A stretch of 64,000 bases of DNA, from the NCBI RefSeq assembly GCF_026571515.1, contig NW_026866456.1:248001-312000 (forward strand), written 5' to 3'. Below are positions 63,060 through 64,000 of the stretch, piece by piece. The notes beneath the pieces are model-generated. The model did not search any database. It worked only from the letters and a program-made list of their open reading frames with translations, and was not told the origin of the DNA. The position numbers were made by a program, and so were the translations under genes. Source of the stretch: Ruditapes philippinarum (lineage: Eukaryota). Every line of letters starts with the position of its first letter. Within the stretch, counting starts at the first letter, position 1.

Positions 63060-63670
63060 TGTGGTAGTGGTGATGGTGTGGTGATGATGATGATGATTTT
63101 GATGATGATGATGTTGTTGATGATGATGATGATGATAGTATTAAATGATGAGAATGGTAATGATATTAATGATGATGGTGATGATGATGATGATGATGAT
63201 TATAGGCTTATGATGATGCTGATGATGATGATAGTATTTAATGATGAGGATGGTTATGATATTAATGATGATGGTGATGATGATGATTTTGATGATGATG
63301 CTGATGATGATGATAGTATTTAATGATGAGGATGGTTATGATATTAATGATGATGGTGATGATGATGATTTTGATGATGATGATAGTATTTAATGATGAG
63401 GATGATTATGATATTAATGATGATGGTGATGATGATGCTGATGATGATTATAGGTTTATGATGATGATTTTTATGATGATGATGATGGTATTAGATTATG
63501 ATTTGATAATTGATTATCAGTTACTTGTATTGTTTATGATGAGTTTTATGATTGCAATTTTGATGGTGATGATAATTTTGAGTATGGTTTTGATGAAGAT
63601 TTTACTTGTGATGATAATAATAATATTTGTATGATATTGTTCACTAAATGATGGTGATACGAATGATGAT
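63060..63670. repeat. Compound (GAT)n minisatellite
   Basis: (gat)n interleaved with agtatttaatgatgaggatggttatgatattaat. Confidence 0.92.
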
Positions 63671-64000
63671 GACAAGACTTGTAATATCTGAGTTAATTGA
63701 TAACATACTCTGCATTTGGGATAATAGTAGAAAATTGCAGGAATAAATTCCCACTATTTAGAAAGAAACAAATTCATAGTGTCAAATGTCTACTACTTGC
63801 AGGTCTTTTTCAGTAGTAACATTTTGTTTGATGACTGTATTACATGTTTCGCACCCATTTAAGAATTGATTTTCTAACTTTACAAATTAACATTGCGCGT
63901 TGACATTTTTTCAGTTGCCATAAAATAACTGAATCTCATTTTGTACAATTGTCATTGTAAAGTACTCAGCCTGTAATTTGATTTTCCACTGGTATGAAAA

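Noticed and set aside
63078-63634. Met/Asp-rich ORFs resembling acidic shell-matrix proteins
   Set aside because: (GAT)n repeat with frame switches; no signal peptide or convincing splice sites

Overview
AT-rich eukaryotic genomic DNA, most likely from a bivalve mollusc (inferred from the repeat landscape, not verified), with one assembly gap at 8297-8461. The only protein-coding gene I can support is the 5' part of a + strand, multi-exon AF4/FMR2-family gene (AFF/lilliputian, scaffold of the Super Elongation Complex). Nine GT-AG exons between 12894 and 54281 join in phase into about 486 codons. They include a Cyclin T1-binding-like N-terminal motif and an ELL-binding-like motif (KLHIP..VEEMLKE..PQPLTGIQTP..FPF) that is split by a 21-nt microexon. 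The gene has no stop codon in the window and presumably continues beyond it. A motif-rich promoter lies at about 12.3-12.6 kb, and a possible internal promoter or alternative first exon at about 53.5-54.3 kb. Introns and flanks are packed with non-autonomous elements: tRNA-derived SINEs, Helentron-type HINEs carrying 156/161/167-bp satellite arrays, hAT-, Kolobok-, Sola-, Zator/Harbinger- and piggyBac-like MITEs, and many minisatellites. Most ORFs in the supplied track are artefacts of these repeats. I found no CRISPR array, rRNA, true tRNA or autonomous transposase, and no clearly new multi-gene system. The best leads are the AFF microexon and isoform architecture, a hairpin module shared by MITEs with unrelated termini, satellites arising from transposon-internal motifs, and transposon-borne CTCF and RFX sites. 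All coordinates were counted by hand.
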